Shown here: positions 49,163 through 58,515 of the stretch, piece by piece
How the letters are laid out: each line of letters opens with the position of its first letter
How positions within the stretch are numbered: position 1 is the first letter of the stretch
DNA from: Alphaproteobacteria bacterium
GTDB taxonomy: Bacteria; Pseudomonadota; Alphaproteobacteria; SP197
DNA length: 64,000 nucleotides
Assembly: GCA_965228895.1 (NCBI GenBank)
Contig: OZ245842.1
Span: 1,600,001-1,664,000 of the forward strand
Direction: 5' to 3'
Notes under the pieces: model-generated
What the model saw: the letters and a program-made list of their open reading frames with translations, nothing else
Database searches by the model: none
Told to the model about the DNA's origin: nothing
Translations under genes and position numbers: made by a program

Positions 49163-51384
49163 CGGCTCGTGCGCTGAACGGATATAGCGACGCCATCTCC
49201 GTCGCGCCCGGCGAGCGCATCGTCTTCTACGTCAGTTGCGAGGGGCTGGACGAGTACGATGGGCGGATCGTCCGCCTGATCTGTGCCGATGACAACCCGA
49301 AGGGGGCGCCGTTCACGGCCGAACCGGTGAAGGCGCCTTGCAACGGCACCCATCCCGGCCGCCTTCAGGTCATCCACGCTGGCTCCCACGGTGTCGTCGA
49401 TCCGGCGCCCGACTTCATGGGCCCCGAGGGGTTTACCTTGCAGGCGCTGGTCATGGCGACAACCCCCGGTTCGGGCAAGCAGGGGCTGCTGGGTACGTGG
49501 TCGGAGACCGGACAGGCGGGCGCGAGCTTGATTCTGGCCGAAGACGGGTCGCTCGGTTTCGTTGCCGGCAACGGTAAGAAGAGCGCCATGGTCAGCACCG
49601 GCGTGCCGTTGTCGCGCCGGGCCTGGTATCGCGTCGCGGCGGTCTATGAAGCCGATCGTCAGACGGTGACGCTCTATCAACACCCGCTCGCCGGTGGAAA
49701 GCCTGTTGTTGCGACCGCACCGCTTGCGCTGACCCCAGCGTCAGCCGGGGGAATATTCCTGATGGCGGCATGGCAACGCGACCACGTGGACGGGCTTGGC
49801 TATCATGCGGGATGTTTTAATGGTCGGCTTGAGACACCACGCGTTGTGCGCCGGCCCGTGGACGAAGCCGAAATCGCTGGCGATCCGCCTGATGGCGCCG
49901 TAGCGCATTGGGATTTTTCCCTCAACATTGATGGCGAACGTCTGACGGATGTCTCCGGCAACGGCCATCACGGCGAGACCGTCCACCTGCCACAGCGCGG
50001 CATACGCGGCGCCGGCTGGACCGGCCGCGAGATGTGCTGGCGTCATGCGCCCGACGAGTACGCCGCGATCCACTTCCACGACGACGATGTCTACGACTCC
50101 GGTTGGCAGGAGAGTTTCGCCTGGACGGTCCCTGAGGACACCCGAAGCGGGATCTATGCGGCCTACGTGACGGCAGGCGAGCACGAGGAGTTCATGCCGT
50201 TCTGCGTGCGTCCACCGAAGGGGACGGCAACGGCCGATATCTGCTTTCTCTATCCGACCGGCACCTATATGGCCTACGCCAACTCCGGTCGGCATTTCCG
50301 CAACGACACCGTGGAGATGAAGCAGTTCCGCGCGACCACCATGACGCCGGCGGACTGTTTCCTGCACGAGCATTCGGAATACGGATTGTCGACCTATGAC
50401 ACCCATTCCGATGGCAGCGGGGTCAGCGTATCGTCCAGGCTCCGGCCGGTCCTCAACATGCGTCCGAAGGTCCGTGTCTGGGGGCTCGCCGCTGACACCC
50501 ACATCACGGCGTGGCTGGAACATGACGGCTTGGCCTATGACGTCGTCAGCGACGAAGACCTGCATACCGAGGGTCTCGACATTCTGTCGCGTTACCGCGT
50601 CGTCATCACCGGCACCCATCCCGAATACCACACGACCGAAATGCTCGACGCGCTCGCCGCCTACACGAAAGCCGGTGGGCGGCTGATCTATACGGGCGCG
50701 AATGGTTTCTACTGGCGCATCGCTTATCACCCGACAAAACCGGGTGTCATCGAATGCCGCAAGACCGAGGGCGGCACACGCTCCTGGATCAGCGAGGCCG
50801 GCGAATCCTTCATGAGCTTCACCGGCGAATACGGCGGCCTGTGGCGCCGCTCCGGTCGCACACCCCAGGAACTGACAGGCATCGGCTTCACCGCCCAGGG
50901 CTTCGACTGGTCGTCGTGGTACGAGCGCCGGCCCGGCAGCTTTGATTCACGCGCCGCCTTCGTCTTCGACGGCGTCGGCAAGGACGAGAAGATCGGCGAT
51001 TTCGGTCTGGTCGGTGACGGCGCGGCGGGGCTCGAGCTCGACCGCTGCGACATCGCCTTGGGCTCGCCGCCGCACACGCTGGTGCTGGCGTCGTCGGCCG
51101 GCCATAGCGAGGGCATGCTGGTGGTGATCGAGGAATTGACCTCGAGCCAGCCTGTGATCGGACCGAACCACCCGAAGGTGCGCGCCGACATGACGTTCTT
51201 CGAGTTGGATGGCGGCGGTGCCGTCTTCTCGACCGGCTCGATCGCCTGGGCCGGCAGCCTGCCGATCAACAGCTTCGACAACAACGTGGCGACTATCATG
51301 CGCAATGTTCTCGCACGGTTTCTGGACCCCGAACCCTTTGCCGGATTCGACGCCAGCGCGCCGGCCAGCCGGCCGATGGCATAA
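49153..51384 (+). CDS. N,N-dimethylformamidase large (beta) subunit family protein
   Basis: TYMAYAN, STYDTHSDGSG, GTHPEY, NGFYW, GEYGGLWR, VFSTGSIAW; LamG-like N-terminal region. Confidence 0.85.
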   Translation: MDVTARALNGYSDAISVAPGERIVFYVSCEGLDEYDGRIVRLICADDNPKGAPFTAEPVKAPCNGTHPGRLQVIHAGSHGVVDPAPDFMGPEGFTLQALVMATTPGSGKQGLLGTWSETGQAGASLILAEDGSLGFVAGNGKKSAMVSTGVPLSRRAWYRVAAVYEADRQTVTLYQHPLAGGKPVVATAPLALTPASAGGIFLMAAWQRDHVDGLGYHAGCFNGRLETPRVVRRPVDEAEIAGDPPDGAVAHWDFSLNIDGERLTDVSGNGHHGETVHLPQRGIRGAGWTGREMCWRHAPDEYAAIHFHDDDVYDSGWQESFAWTVPEDTRSGIYAAYVTAGEHEEFMPFCVRPPKGTATADICFLYPTGTYMAYANSGRHFRNDTVEMKQFRATTMTPADCFLHEHSEYGLSTYDTHSDGSGVSVSSRLRPVLNMRPKVRVWGLAADTHITAWLEHDGLAYDVVSDEDLHTEGLDILSRYRVVITGTHPEYHTTEMLDALAAYTKAGGRLIYTGANGFYWRIAYHPTKPGVIECRKTEGGTRSWISEAGESFMSFTGEYGGLWRRSGRTPQELTGIGFTAQGFDWSSWYERRPGSFDSRAAFVFDGVGKDEKIGDFGLVGDGAAGLELDRCDIALGSPPHTLVLASSAGHSEGMLVVIEELTSSQPVIGPNHPKVRADMTFFELDGGGAVFSTGSIAWAGSLPINSFDNNVATIMRNVLARFLDPEPFAGFDASAPASRPMA

Positions 51385-51386
51385 GG

Positions 51387-52646
51387 ATGGCCATGACTCC
51401 CATAGACAGCCTCGAAACCATCGTCAGCCACGGCCTGTGCATCGGCTGTGGTCTGTGCGAAAGCCTGGCCGGTGCCGATGCGGTCGAGATGGCGATCACG
51501 TCCTATGGTCAGATGCGGCCCCACGTGAAGCAGGCACCCGACGATGACATCATGGCGGCGATCAAGGCCGTTTGTCCCGGCATTGTCGTGAACGGACCCG
51601 ACCCGGCCAATGCCGGTGAGCACGGGGTCATGCACGATATCTGGGGGCCGATCCGCACGATGACGCGCGGCTGGTCCACGGACGAGGAACTGCGCTTCCG
51701 CTCCGCCGCCGGTGGCGCCATGACGGCGCTCGGCTGTTACATGCTGGAGAAGGGTATGGTCGATGCGGTCGTCCATGTACGCGCTTCAGCGACAAGCCCG
51801 ATGGAGACGGACGCTCTGATCAGCCGCACGCCCGAGGAGGTGCGGTCGGGGGCGCAGTCCCGCTATGGACCCGCCGCACCGCTGCGTCATGTCAAGCAGC
51901 TTTTGGACGACGGCCTGACCTTCGCCGTGCTCGGCAAGCCGTGTGACTGCGCGGCGATCCGGAACCTGGCCGCGGTCGATCCGCGGGTCGAAAGGCAGAT
52001 CCCCTATCTCGTCACCATCTTCTGCGGTGGCGTGCCGACGCGCCATACCGCCAGCAAGATCGTTCGTTACCACGGCCTCGACGACGATGATGTCGAGGTC
52101 TTCCGCTGGCGCGGCAACGGCTGGCCTGGCCCGACCCATATCGAAACGACGGACGGCAAGGCCTATGACCTGACCTATGATAAGGTCTGGTACAGCGACG
52201 ATGTGCCGTGGACCTATGACATCCAGTTCCGTTGCAAGATCTGTCCCGACGCCATCGGTGAACTGGCCGATGTCAGTTGCCCGGACTCCTGGGTCATGGT
52301 TGATGACAAGCCGATCCACGAGGAGGCGCCCGGCGCCAATCTTTTCATTGCGCGTACCAAGGCGGGCGAGGATTTGATCGCGGCGGCCATCGCCGACGGC
52401 GCGATCGCGGTCGAGCCCTTTGGTGTCGACGAACTCGACCTGCAGCATGCCGACCATGTGACGCGCAAGATCGAAAATCCGGCACGGGTGCGCGGCATCG
52501 AGAAAGAGGTAGAGCCGGCGCCCCGGTTCACGCGGTTCCGCAGCGCCCGCATGGCCGAGATGGCGGGCGTCGAACGGGACCGTGCGGCCGAGGAGGGCAC
52601 GCGCGAACGCATCCGGCGCGGCGCCAACCGGGAACCTCTGACATGA
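51387..52646 (+). CDS. Coenzyme F420 hydrogenase/dehydrogenase beta subunit (FrhB) family Fe-S flavoprotein
   Basis: CIGCGLC, SAAGGAMT, QSRY, GKPCD, FCGG, RGNGWPG, RCKICPD. Confidence 0.88.
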   Translation: MAMTPIDSLETIVSHGLCIGCGLCESLAGADAVEMAITSYGQMRPHVKQAPDDDIMAAIKAVCPGIVVNGPDPANAGEHGVMHDIWGPIRTMTRGWSTDEELRFRSAAGGAMTALGCYMLEKGMVDAVVHVRASATSPMETDALISRTPEEVRSGAQSRYGPAAPLRHVKQLLDDGLTFAVLGKPCDCAAIRNLAAVDPRVERQIPYLVTIFCGGVPTRHTASKIVRYHGLDDDDVEVFRWRGNGWPGPTHIETTDGKAYDLTYDKVWYSDDVPWTYDIQFRCKICPDAIGELADVSCPDSWVMVDDKPIHEEAPGANLFIARTKAGEDLIAAAIADGAIAVEPFGVDELDLQHADHVTRKIENPARVRGIEKEVEPAPRFTRFRSARMAEMAGVERDRAAEEGTRERIRRGANREPLT

Positions 52647-52703
52647 TGGACGCCGGCCGGGCGCGGTGACACGATCCCGGCAGTAAGAAGGGAAGGATTG
52701 ACC

Positions 52704-54206
52704 ATGGCTCGTATCGCCGTCGGCGGTTTTCAACACGAAACCAACACGTTCTCGCCGACCCTGGCGACGCTCGAGGAGTTCGAGAAACACGACGGCTGGC
52801 CGGGCCTCACTCGTGGCGACGCGCTGTTCGACGCGGTCGCCGGTATCAACATCCCGATTGAGGGTTTCATTCAGGCGGCCAAAGAGGACGGCCACGATCT
52901 CGTGCCTTTGGCCTGGGGTTCGGCCGAGCCGTCCTCCTATGTCACCGAAGACGCGTTCGAGACGATCACCGGCATGTTGTGCGAAGACCTCGCCGCCAAG
53001 GGACCGTTCGACGCGGTCTATCTGGACCTGCATGGTGCGATGGCGGTCGAGCATCATGAGGACGGCGAGGGCGAGACGCTGGCGCGCGTGCGCGATGTCG
53101 TGGGCTTCGACATTCCCGTCGTCAATAGCCTCGACCTCCACGCCAACGTCACCGAGCGTATGGTTCAGATGTCGTCGGTGATGACGATTTTCCGCACCTA
53201 TCCGCATATCGACATGGATGTCACGGCGATGCGGGCCTACCGCCAGCTCCAGCGCCTGTTGGCCGGCGAGACCATGGCGAAGGCGTTCCGCAAGGCACCG
53301 TTTCTGGTGCCGTTGACGGCGCAGTGGACGGATGCACCGCCCAACCGCGCGCTCTACGACATGGTGATGGCCGAAGAACTCGATGGCGTCGCCAATGTCG
53401 ATCTGGCGCTCGCGTTCCCGCCGGCGGATATCCGCGATTGTGGTCCCGCGGTGGTTGCCTATGACCCCGATCCCGAACGTGCGGCGGCGGTCGCCGACCG
53501 CGTGATCGGCGCGTTCAACGATGCCGAACCCGACTTCGACAACGCTCTGTTGTCACCGGACGAAGCGGTGCAGCGTGCTATGGGTAACGGCGCCGGACCG
53601 GTCGTGTTGGCCGACGCGCAAGACAATCCCGGCGCCGGCGGCACATCCGACACGGTCGGCGTTCTCGAATCTCTCGTGCGCAACGGTGCGCAGAAGGCAT
53701 CGATCGCGCTGCTCAACGATCCCGAGGTCGCCATGATGGCGCACCAGGCCGGCGAGGGCGCTGTCTTGAGCGTTGATCTCGGCGGCAAGTCTGGTCAGGA
53801 CGGCCAGGCGCCTTTCAACGGTGATTTCCGGGTCGAGCGGCTTGGCGACGGGGTCTTTGAATGCACGGGCGAAATGTATCGCGGCGTGACGACCAATCTG
53901 GGACCCATGGCGCTCTTGAAGGTGGCCGGCGCCGACTGCGATGTCAGCGTCGTCGTGTCGTCGAGCCGGTTTCAGAATCTGGATCAGGCATGCTTTCGGC
54001 ATATCGGCGTGGAACCAACCGAACAGCAGATCCTGGTGGTGAAGAGCACCGTCCACTACCGCGCAGACTATGATCCGATTGCTGCCGCCACGTTGACGGT
54101 CGAAGCGCCGGGCGCCCATCCCTGTCGGCTGACCGAATTGCCGTACAAGCATTTGCGCGAAGGCGTGCGTCTGGAGCCGATGGGACCGGAACATCGCGTC
54201 TCATAG
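52704..54206 (+). CDS. M81 family metallopeptidase (MlrC-like)
   Basis: HETNTFS, LDLHGAM, DLHAN, TYPHID, DNPGAG, VKSTVHY. Confidence 0.92.
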   Translation: MARIAVGGFQHETNTFSPTLATLEEFEKHDGWPGLTRGDALFDAVAGINIPIEGFIQAAKEDGHDLVPLAWGSAEPSSYVTEDAFETITGMLCEDLAAKGPFDAVYLDLHGAMAVEHHEDGEGETLARVRDVVGFDIPVVNSLDLHANVTERMVQMSSVMTIFRTYPHIDMDVTAMRAYRQLQRLLAGETMAKAFRKAPFLVPLTAQWTDAPPNRALYDMVMAEELDGVANVDLALAFPPADIRDCGPAVVAYDPDPERAAAVADRVIGAFNDAEPDFDNALLSPDEAVQRAMGNGAGPVVLADAQDNPGAGGTSDTVGVLESLVRNGAQKASIALLNDPEVAMMAHQAGEGAVLSVDLGGKSGQDGQAPFNGDFRVERLGDGVFECTGEMYRGVTTNLGPMALLKVAGADCDVSVVVSSSRFQNLDQACFRHIGVEPTEQQILVVKSTVHYRADYDPIAAATLTVEAPGAHPCRLTELPYKHLREGVRLEPMGPEHRVS

Positions 54207-54229
54207 CGTGCAAGAAGGGGAGGGACTGA

Positions 54230-54979
54230 ATGACCAAGACCATCATTGTGACCGGCGCCAGCCGTGGCATCGGCGCTGCCATCGCGGCCGGTGCGGGCGC
54301 GCGCGGTTGGCGCGTCTGCGTCAACTACAACAGCTCACCGGATAAGGCCGACGTGGTCGCCGGTGCCGTCGAAAGCGCTGGCGGTGAAGCCATCACGTTC
54401 AAGGCGAGCATGGGCGTCGAGGATGAACTGGTCGCCATGTATCGGGCGGTCGATGACAAGTGGGGCACGCTCGACGGCGTTTGCAACAATGCCGGCATCG
54501 ATCATGAAGCGGACTTTGCCGACACCACGTGGGAGAACTACCTGAAGGTCTTCGACGTCAACATCCTCGGCGTGATGGCGAGTTGCCGCGAGGCCATTCG
54601 CCGGATGGCCACGTCGAAGGGCGGCAGCGGCGGATCGATCGTCAATATCGGGTCGATCTCAGCCCGAACGGGCGGCCTGCCCGGCGATGTCATCTATACG
54701 GCGACCAAAGGGGCCGTCGATTCGTTCACGCTGGGGCTGGCCAAGGAAGTCGGCCCCGATGGCATCCGCGTGACCTGTGTCCGGCCCGGGGTTATCCGAA
54801 CGGATATCTTCTCCGGCAACGCGTACGGGTTGGAGAAAGTCGAGGAACTCGCCCGCAAGAACGCCCCGCTGCAGCGCATTGGCGAACCTCACGAAGTCGC
54901 GGCCATGGCGCTTTTCCTGCTGTCTGACGAGGCGTCATACTGTACGGGCATGACCTATGACGTGAACGGCGGGCGCTAA
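54230..54979 (+). CDS. SDR family oxidoreductase
   Basis: TGASRGIG, NNAG, YTATK. Confidence 0.92.
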   Translation: MTKTIIVTGASRGIGAAIAAGAGARGWRVCVNYNSSPDKADVVAGAVESAGGEAITFKASMGVEDELVAMYRAVDDKWGTLDGVCNNAGIDHEADFADTTWENYLKVFDVNILGVMASCREAIRRMATSKGGSGGSIVNIGSISARTGGLPGDVIYTATKGAVDSFTLGLAKEVGPDGIRVTCVRPGVIRTDIFSGNAYGLEKVEELARKNAPLQRIGEPHEVAAMALFLLSDEASYCTGMTYDVNGGR

Positions 54980-55128
54980 GGGGTGAAGTGAATGGCGCCG
55001 GAGGCGGCCGGCATCGCCTATCACACTGATACCAATGAATAATTGACCCGCGCCGGTGCGCCGGACATGGTGATGACCTATAGTGTGAGCTGCACTCACA
55101 GAAAAGAATTTAGAGAGCCGAGACGACA

Positions 55129-55983
55129 ATGATCAAAAGAAGCCTGCTAGGGGCCATCATCGTAACCGCTGCCGGGGCCTTGGCGGCGTGCCAATCATCG
55201 CCGGGCCAAACGCCGCCGATCGGACAGTTCTATGCCGGCGACGACGGCACCGAGACGGTCGGCTTGTTCGAGCAGGGGTTCGATCAGGCGGTCGAGGATC
55301 CTGCTGAGACGATCTTCATCATCTATAACCACGGAACCTATTGGGGCGCCGGCTACGAGGACTGCCTGCCGGGCACCATGCCGAGTTTTGTTCGCCGTTG
55401 GGGCGAACACGGTATCGATGGCCGCGACGTCACCGTCTTCTATCTGTGCACTCAGGTGACCGAGAAACGTTTCGTCTTGGGCCGCCAGAGGTCGGAGGAA
55501 AACGAGGCGCTTCTGGACCGGCTCGCTGCGCACGGGGTGCCGACCGAGCACATTTTCGTCTTTGGCCATTCCGGTGGCGCGAGCGCGGCCCTGTTGACCG
55601 CCGAGCGTGCCCAGGAAAAATTCAACGCCGCTGTTGTCAGTGCGCCCGGTTACGGCTTTGCCTATCTGGAGGCGGAGGGCGAGTCCGGTACCTGGCTCGA
55701 CCTCGAGTACGACAAGTGGCGCACCCGTCTGGCCACCGCCGATGACATTCAGGCGCTGGTCTACGTCTATGAGGGCGACATCATCACGCCGCCGGCCCAG
55801 GCGCTGTTTCTGCGCGACCATGCCGGGGTTCGGATGGTCCAGATCGAGGCGCCTGGCGCTGACGGCATCCTGTGCAAGGACGAGCCGGAGCCGCACTTTT
55901 ATTGGTGGAGTGCGTGCTTCAAGCGCGATCAGGTCGAGGTCGTCGAAGCCTATATCAGGGAACAGCTCGACCTCGGCGGTTGA
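55129..55983 (+). CDS. Alpha/beta hydrolase lipoprotein
   Basis: Lipobox LAAC, YNHG, nucleophile elbow GHSGG. Confidence 0.75.
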   Translation: MIKRSLLGAIIVTAAGALAACQSSPGQTPPIGQFYAGDDGTETVGLFEQGFDQAVEDPAETIFIIYNHGTYWGAGYEDCLPGTMPSFVRRWGEHGIDGRDVTVFYLCTQVTEKRFVLGRQRSEENEALLDRLAAHGVPTEHIFVFGHSGGASAALLTAERAQEKFNAAVVSAPGYGFAYLEAEGESGTWLDLEYDKWRTRLATADDIQALVYVYEGDIITPPAQALFLRDHAGVRMVQIEAPGADGILCKDEPEPHFYWWSACFKRDQVEVVEAYIREQLDLGG

Positions 55984-56009
55984 ACGACGCTTCTATGGCA
56001 ATGGCGCGC

Positions 56010-56438
56010 CTATTCGGCGGCGTCGCTGTCCTCGTTTGATGAACTCTCATCGAGAACCAGCGCGGCCGAGTTCAGGCAGTAGCGCTGCCCCGTCGGCTGC
56101 GGACCATCGGGAAAGACGTGGCCAAGATGCGCGTCACAGCGGCTGCACAGCACTTCCGTGCGCGGCATGAAGAAGAGACTGCGATCGGTCTCCGTCGCCA
56201 CGACCTCGTCTGAGACAGGCTCATAAAAGCTTGGCCATCCGGTGCCGGAGTCATACTTCGTTTCGGAAGCGAAGAGCGCCTGGCCGCAGCAGATGCAGCG
56301 GTAGGTGCCCTGCTTCTTGCTGTCGTGATACTTGCCCGTGAAGGCGCGCTCGGTGCCCTTAAGCCGGGTCACGTTGTAGGATTCCGGTGACAGCTCGCGC
56401 TGCCACTCAGTCTCTGTCTTGACGACCTTGTCCGTCAT
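56010..56438 (-). CDS. msrB: Peptide-methionine (R)-S-oxide reductase
   Basis: [37 protein letters not shown]. Confidence 0.97.
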   Translation of the reverse strand: MTDKVVKTETEWQRELSPESYNVTRLKGTERAFTGKYHDSKKQGTYRCICCGQALFASETKYDSGTGWPSFYEPVSDEVVATETDRSLFFMPRTEVLCSRCDAHLGHVFPDGPQPTGQRYCLNSAALVLDESSSNEDSDAAE

Positions 56439-56464
56439 CGCATGTCTCCTGAGTTCCACTGCTG

Positions 56465-56493
56465 GATATGGCCCGCGAAAGACGGCGCGTCAA
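56465..56493 (-). promoter_or_regulatory. Putative sigma70/RpoH-type promoter of msrB
   Basis: Minus strand TTGACG-N17-CATATC upstream of the AGGAG RBS. Confidence 0.4.
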
Positions 56494-56550
56494 CGCCGTG
56501 CACACAGCCGTGATCCCGCCTGGATCGTTTTTTGTTCGCACGGTCTCCGC

Positions 56551-56621
56551 GCCAGCCCACTCCCCCGCCCGGCCACCCATGGCAGTATCCTCGGGGTGGT
56601 CGGGCGGGGGAGTGGGCTGGC
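56551..56621. repeat. 71-bp extragenic palindrome (REP/MITE-like)
   Basis: 28-bp arms GCCAGCCCACTCCCCCGCCCGGCCACCC / GGGTGGTCGGGCGGGGGAGTGGGCTGGC with one G-T wobble and a 15-nt loop. Confidence 0.8.
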
Positions 56622-56645
56622 AAAGCGGATTGTTCCGAAAGCGAT

Positions 56646-57548
56646 CTAGCCACTGTGCTGCGACAGGAACCCCTCAAGGATTGGAAAGTAGGTGTCCGGT
56701 TGCTCATAGGACGTCATGTGGGCGGCGTTGGCGATCACGTGGATCTCGCTAGTCGGTATGTGCTGATGCATGCGCATGGAGCACGACGGCGTCAGCTCAT
56801 CGTGCTCGCCGACGATGATCAGTACCGGCGCCTCGATGCGGGCGAGATCGGCAAGACGATTCCAGTCCTTCAGGTTGCCCGTGCACTGAAACTCGCTGGC
56901 GCCCCACATATGGCCGTAGATCGCCATCTCGATGTTGTCCATGGAGCGCTTGAACGGCGCCGGCAGGGCTTCCATTCGGTGGACATGACGCCAGCTCAGG
57001 ATCTCCAGGGCGGCCGCGTACTCCGGGTGACCGGTCGATCCCTCGGCTTCGCGGCGCAGCATCATGTTGACGGTCTCGCTGCCCAAGGCGGTACGCAGCC
57101 GGTTCTGTTCGGCGAGCAGATGCGGCACGTCGGCCACGGTGTTGGAGAGCGTCAGGCTCTTGATGCCGTCGGGGAAGGTCAGCGCGTGTTCGATGGCCAG
57201 AAAACCGCCCCAGGACTGCCCGAGCACATGAATGCGTCCGAGATCCAAAGCGGTGCGCACCTGATCCATCTCACGCGCGTAGCGTTCGATGGTCCAAAGC
57301 CCGGTATCGACTGGACGTTCGGAGCGGCCGGTGCCCAACTGGTCCCACGTCACGATACGCAGCCCCTTGTCGGCCAAGTGGCTGTGGCCGTCACGCAGGT
57401 AGTCGCAGGGCAGGCCCGGTCCGCCATTGACAAGGAACAGCACCTCGTCGCCTGCGCCAAAGCTGTAGGTCATGACCTCGCCACCCTCGACGGCAACGGA
57501 TGTCATGGCGTCGGGTTGGCGTTCAACGTCGGGAAGCGGTTCGCTCAT
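56646..57548 (-). CDS. Proline iminopeptidase / L-amino acid amidase family (S33), copy 2
   Basis: NGGPG, DQLGTGRS, GQSWGG, GEHDE, His in AAHM. Confidence 0.9.
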   Translation of the reverse strand: MSEPLPDVERQPDAMTSVAVEGGEVMTYSFGAGDEVLFLVNGGPGLPCDYLRDGHSHLADKGLRIVTWDQLGTGRSERPVDTGLWTIERYAREMDQVRTALDLGRIHVLGQSWGGFLAIEHALTFPDGIKSLTLSNTVADVPHLLAEQNRLRTALGSETVNMMLRREAEGSTGHPEYAAALEILSWRHVHRMEALPAPFKRSMDNIEMAIYGHMWGASEFQCTGNLKDWNRLADLARIEAPVLIIVGEHDELTPSCSMRMHQHIPTSEIHVIANAAHMTSYEQPDTYFPILEGFLSQHSG

Positions 57549-57552
57549 GACG

Positions 57553-58455
57553 TCATCCCTTATTCTCAGCCAGGAAATCTTCGAGCACGCTGAAATAGGC
57601 CGTGGGGTCCTCGAAGCAGGTGGAATGGGAGGTGTTCGGGAACACCGTGAGGCGGCTGTTCGGCAGGGCATGGTGCATCTTCATGGCGCAGGCCGGCGTC
57701 AATTCGTCGTGCTCACCGACAATGATCAGCGTCGGTCGGTCGATGCCCGGCATGTCGGGGATGCGATTCCAGTCTTTCAAGTTGCCCGTGTAAACGAACT
57801 CGTTCGGTCCCTGCATGATGTTGTAGATGTCGAACACCATGCCATCCATCGAGCGCTGCAGGGCAGGCGGGATGGTGTCGAGACGATGAACGTGGCGCCA
57901 GTCCAACAGCGCGACTGCCGCTTTGTATTCGGGATGGCCGATCGTGCCTTCGGCTTCGCGGCGCAGCATCATGGTGACTGTCTCGGGCCCGAGCGCCGAA
58001 CGCAGACGGTTGAGTTCACTGACAAGGTGGGGCAGGTCGCCGGCGGTGTTGGAGAGCACCAACGTCTCGACGCCGTCCATAAAGGTCAGGGCGTACTCAA
58101 TGGCGAGCCAACCGCCCCATGACTGGCCGAGCAGATGTACGGGCCCCAGATCCAGGCCGGTCCTCACGGCTTCAAGTTCGCGCGCGTAGCGCTCGATCGT
58201 CCACAACGCCGGATCGTCAGGCCGATCGGATCGGCCGGTTCCAAGCTGGTCCCAGGTTACGACACGCAAGCCGTCCTTCGCCAAATGACTGTGGCTGTCG
58301 CGCAGATAGTCGCACGGCAAGCCGGGTCCGCCGTTGGCAAGGAACAGGACCTCATCGCCGGTGCCGAAGCTGTAGGTCATGACCTCGCCGCCTTCGACGG
58401 CGATCCGCTCCATGGCGTCGGGTCGGCGTTCAACGCCAGAAAGCGCTTCGGTCAT
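57553..58455 (-). CDS. Proline iminopeptidase / L-amino acid amidase family (S33), copy 1
   Basis: NGGPG, DQLGTGRS, GQSWGG, GEHDE, His in TSHS. Confidence 0.9.
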   Translation of the reverse strand: MTEALSGVERRPDAMERIAVEGGEVMTYSFGTGDEVLFLANGGPGLPCDYLRDSHSHLAKDGLRVVTWDQLGTGRSDRPDDPALWTIERYARELEAVRTGLDLGPVHLLGQSWGGWLAIEYALTFMDGVETLVLSNTAGDLPHLVSELNRLRSALGPETVTMMLRREAEGTIGHPEYKAAVALLDWRHVHRLDTIPPALQRSMDGMVFDIYNIMQGPNEFVYTGNLKDWNRIPDMPGIDRPTLIIVGEHDELTPACAMKMHHALPNSRLTVFPNTSHSTCFEDPTAYFSVLEDFLAENKG

Positions 58456-58515
58456 GGTGCGTCGTACCTCTTGGCTATGGTGCCGGACCGTCGGAACAAC
58501 GCGTCCTGCCGCTAC

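Noticed and set aside
51387-52646. F420-reducing hydrogenase or methanogenesis
   Set aside because: No hydrogenase subunits or maturation genes; the FrhB fold is widespread in non-methanogens
52704-54206. Microcystin degradation (mlr) cluster
   Set aside because: No mlrA, mlrB or mlrD; M81 peptidases are common outside that pathway
55084-55100. CRP/FNR-like site TGTGA...TCACA upstream of the lipoprotein hydrolase
   Set aside because: Spacer is 7 nt rather than 6; could be another palindrome but cannot be assigned
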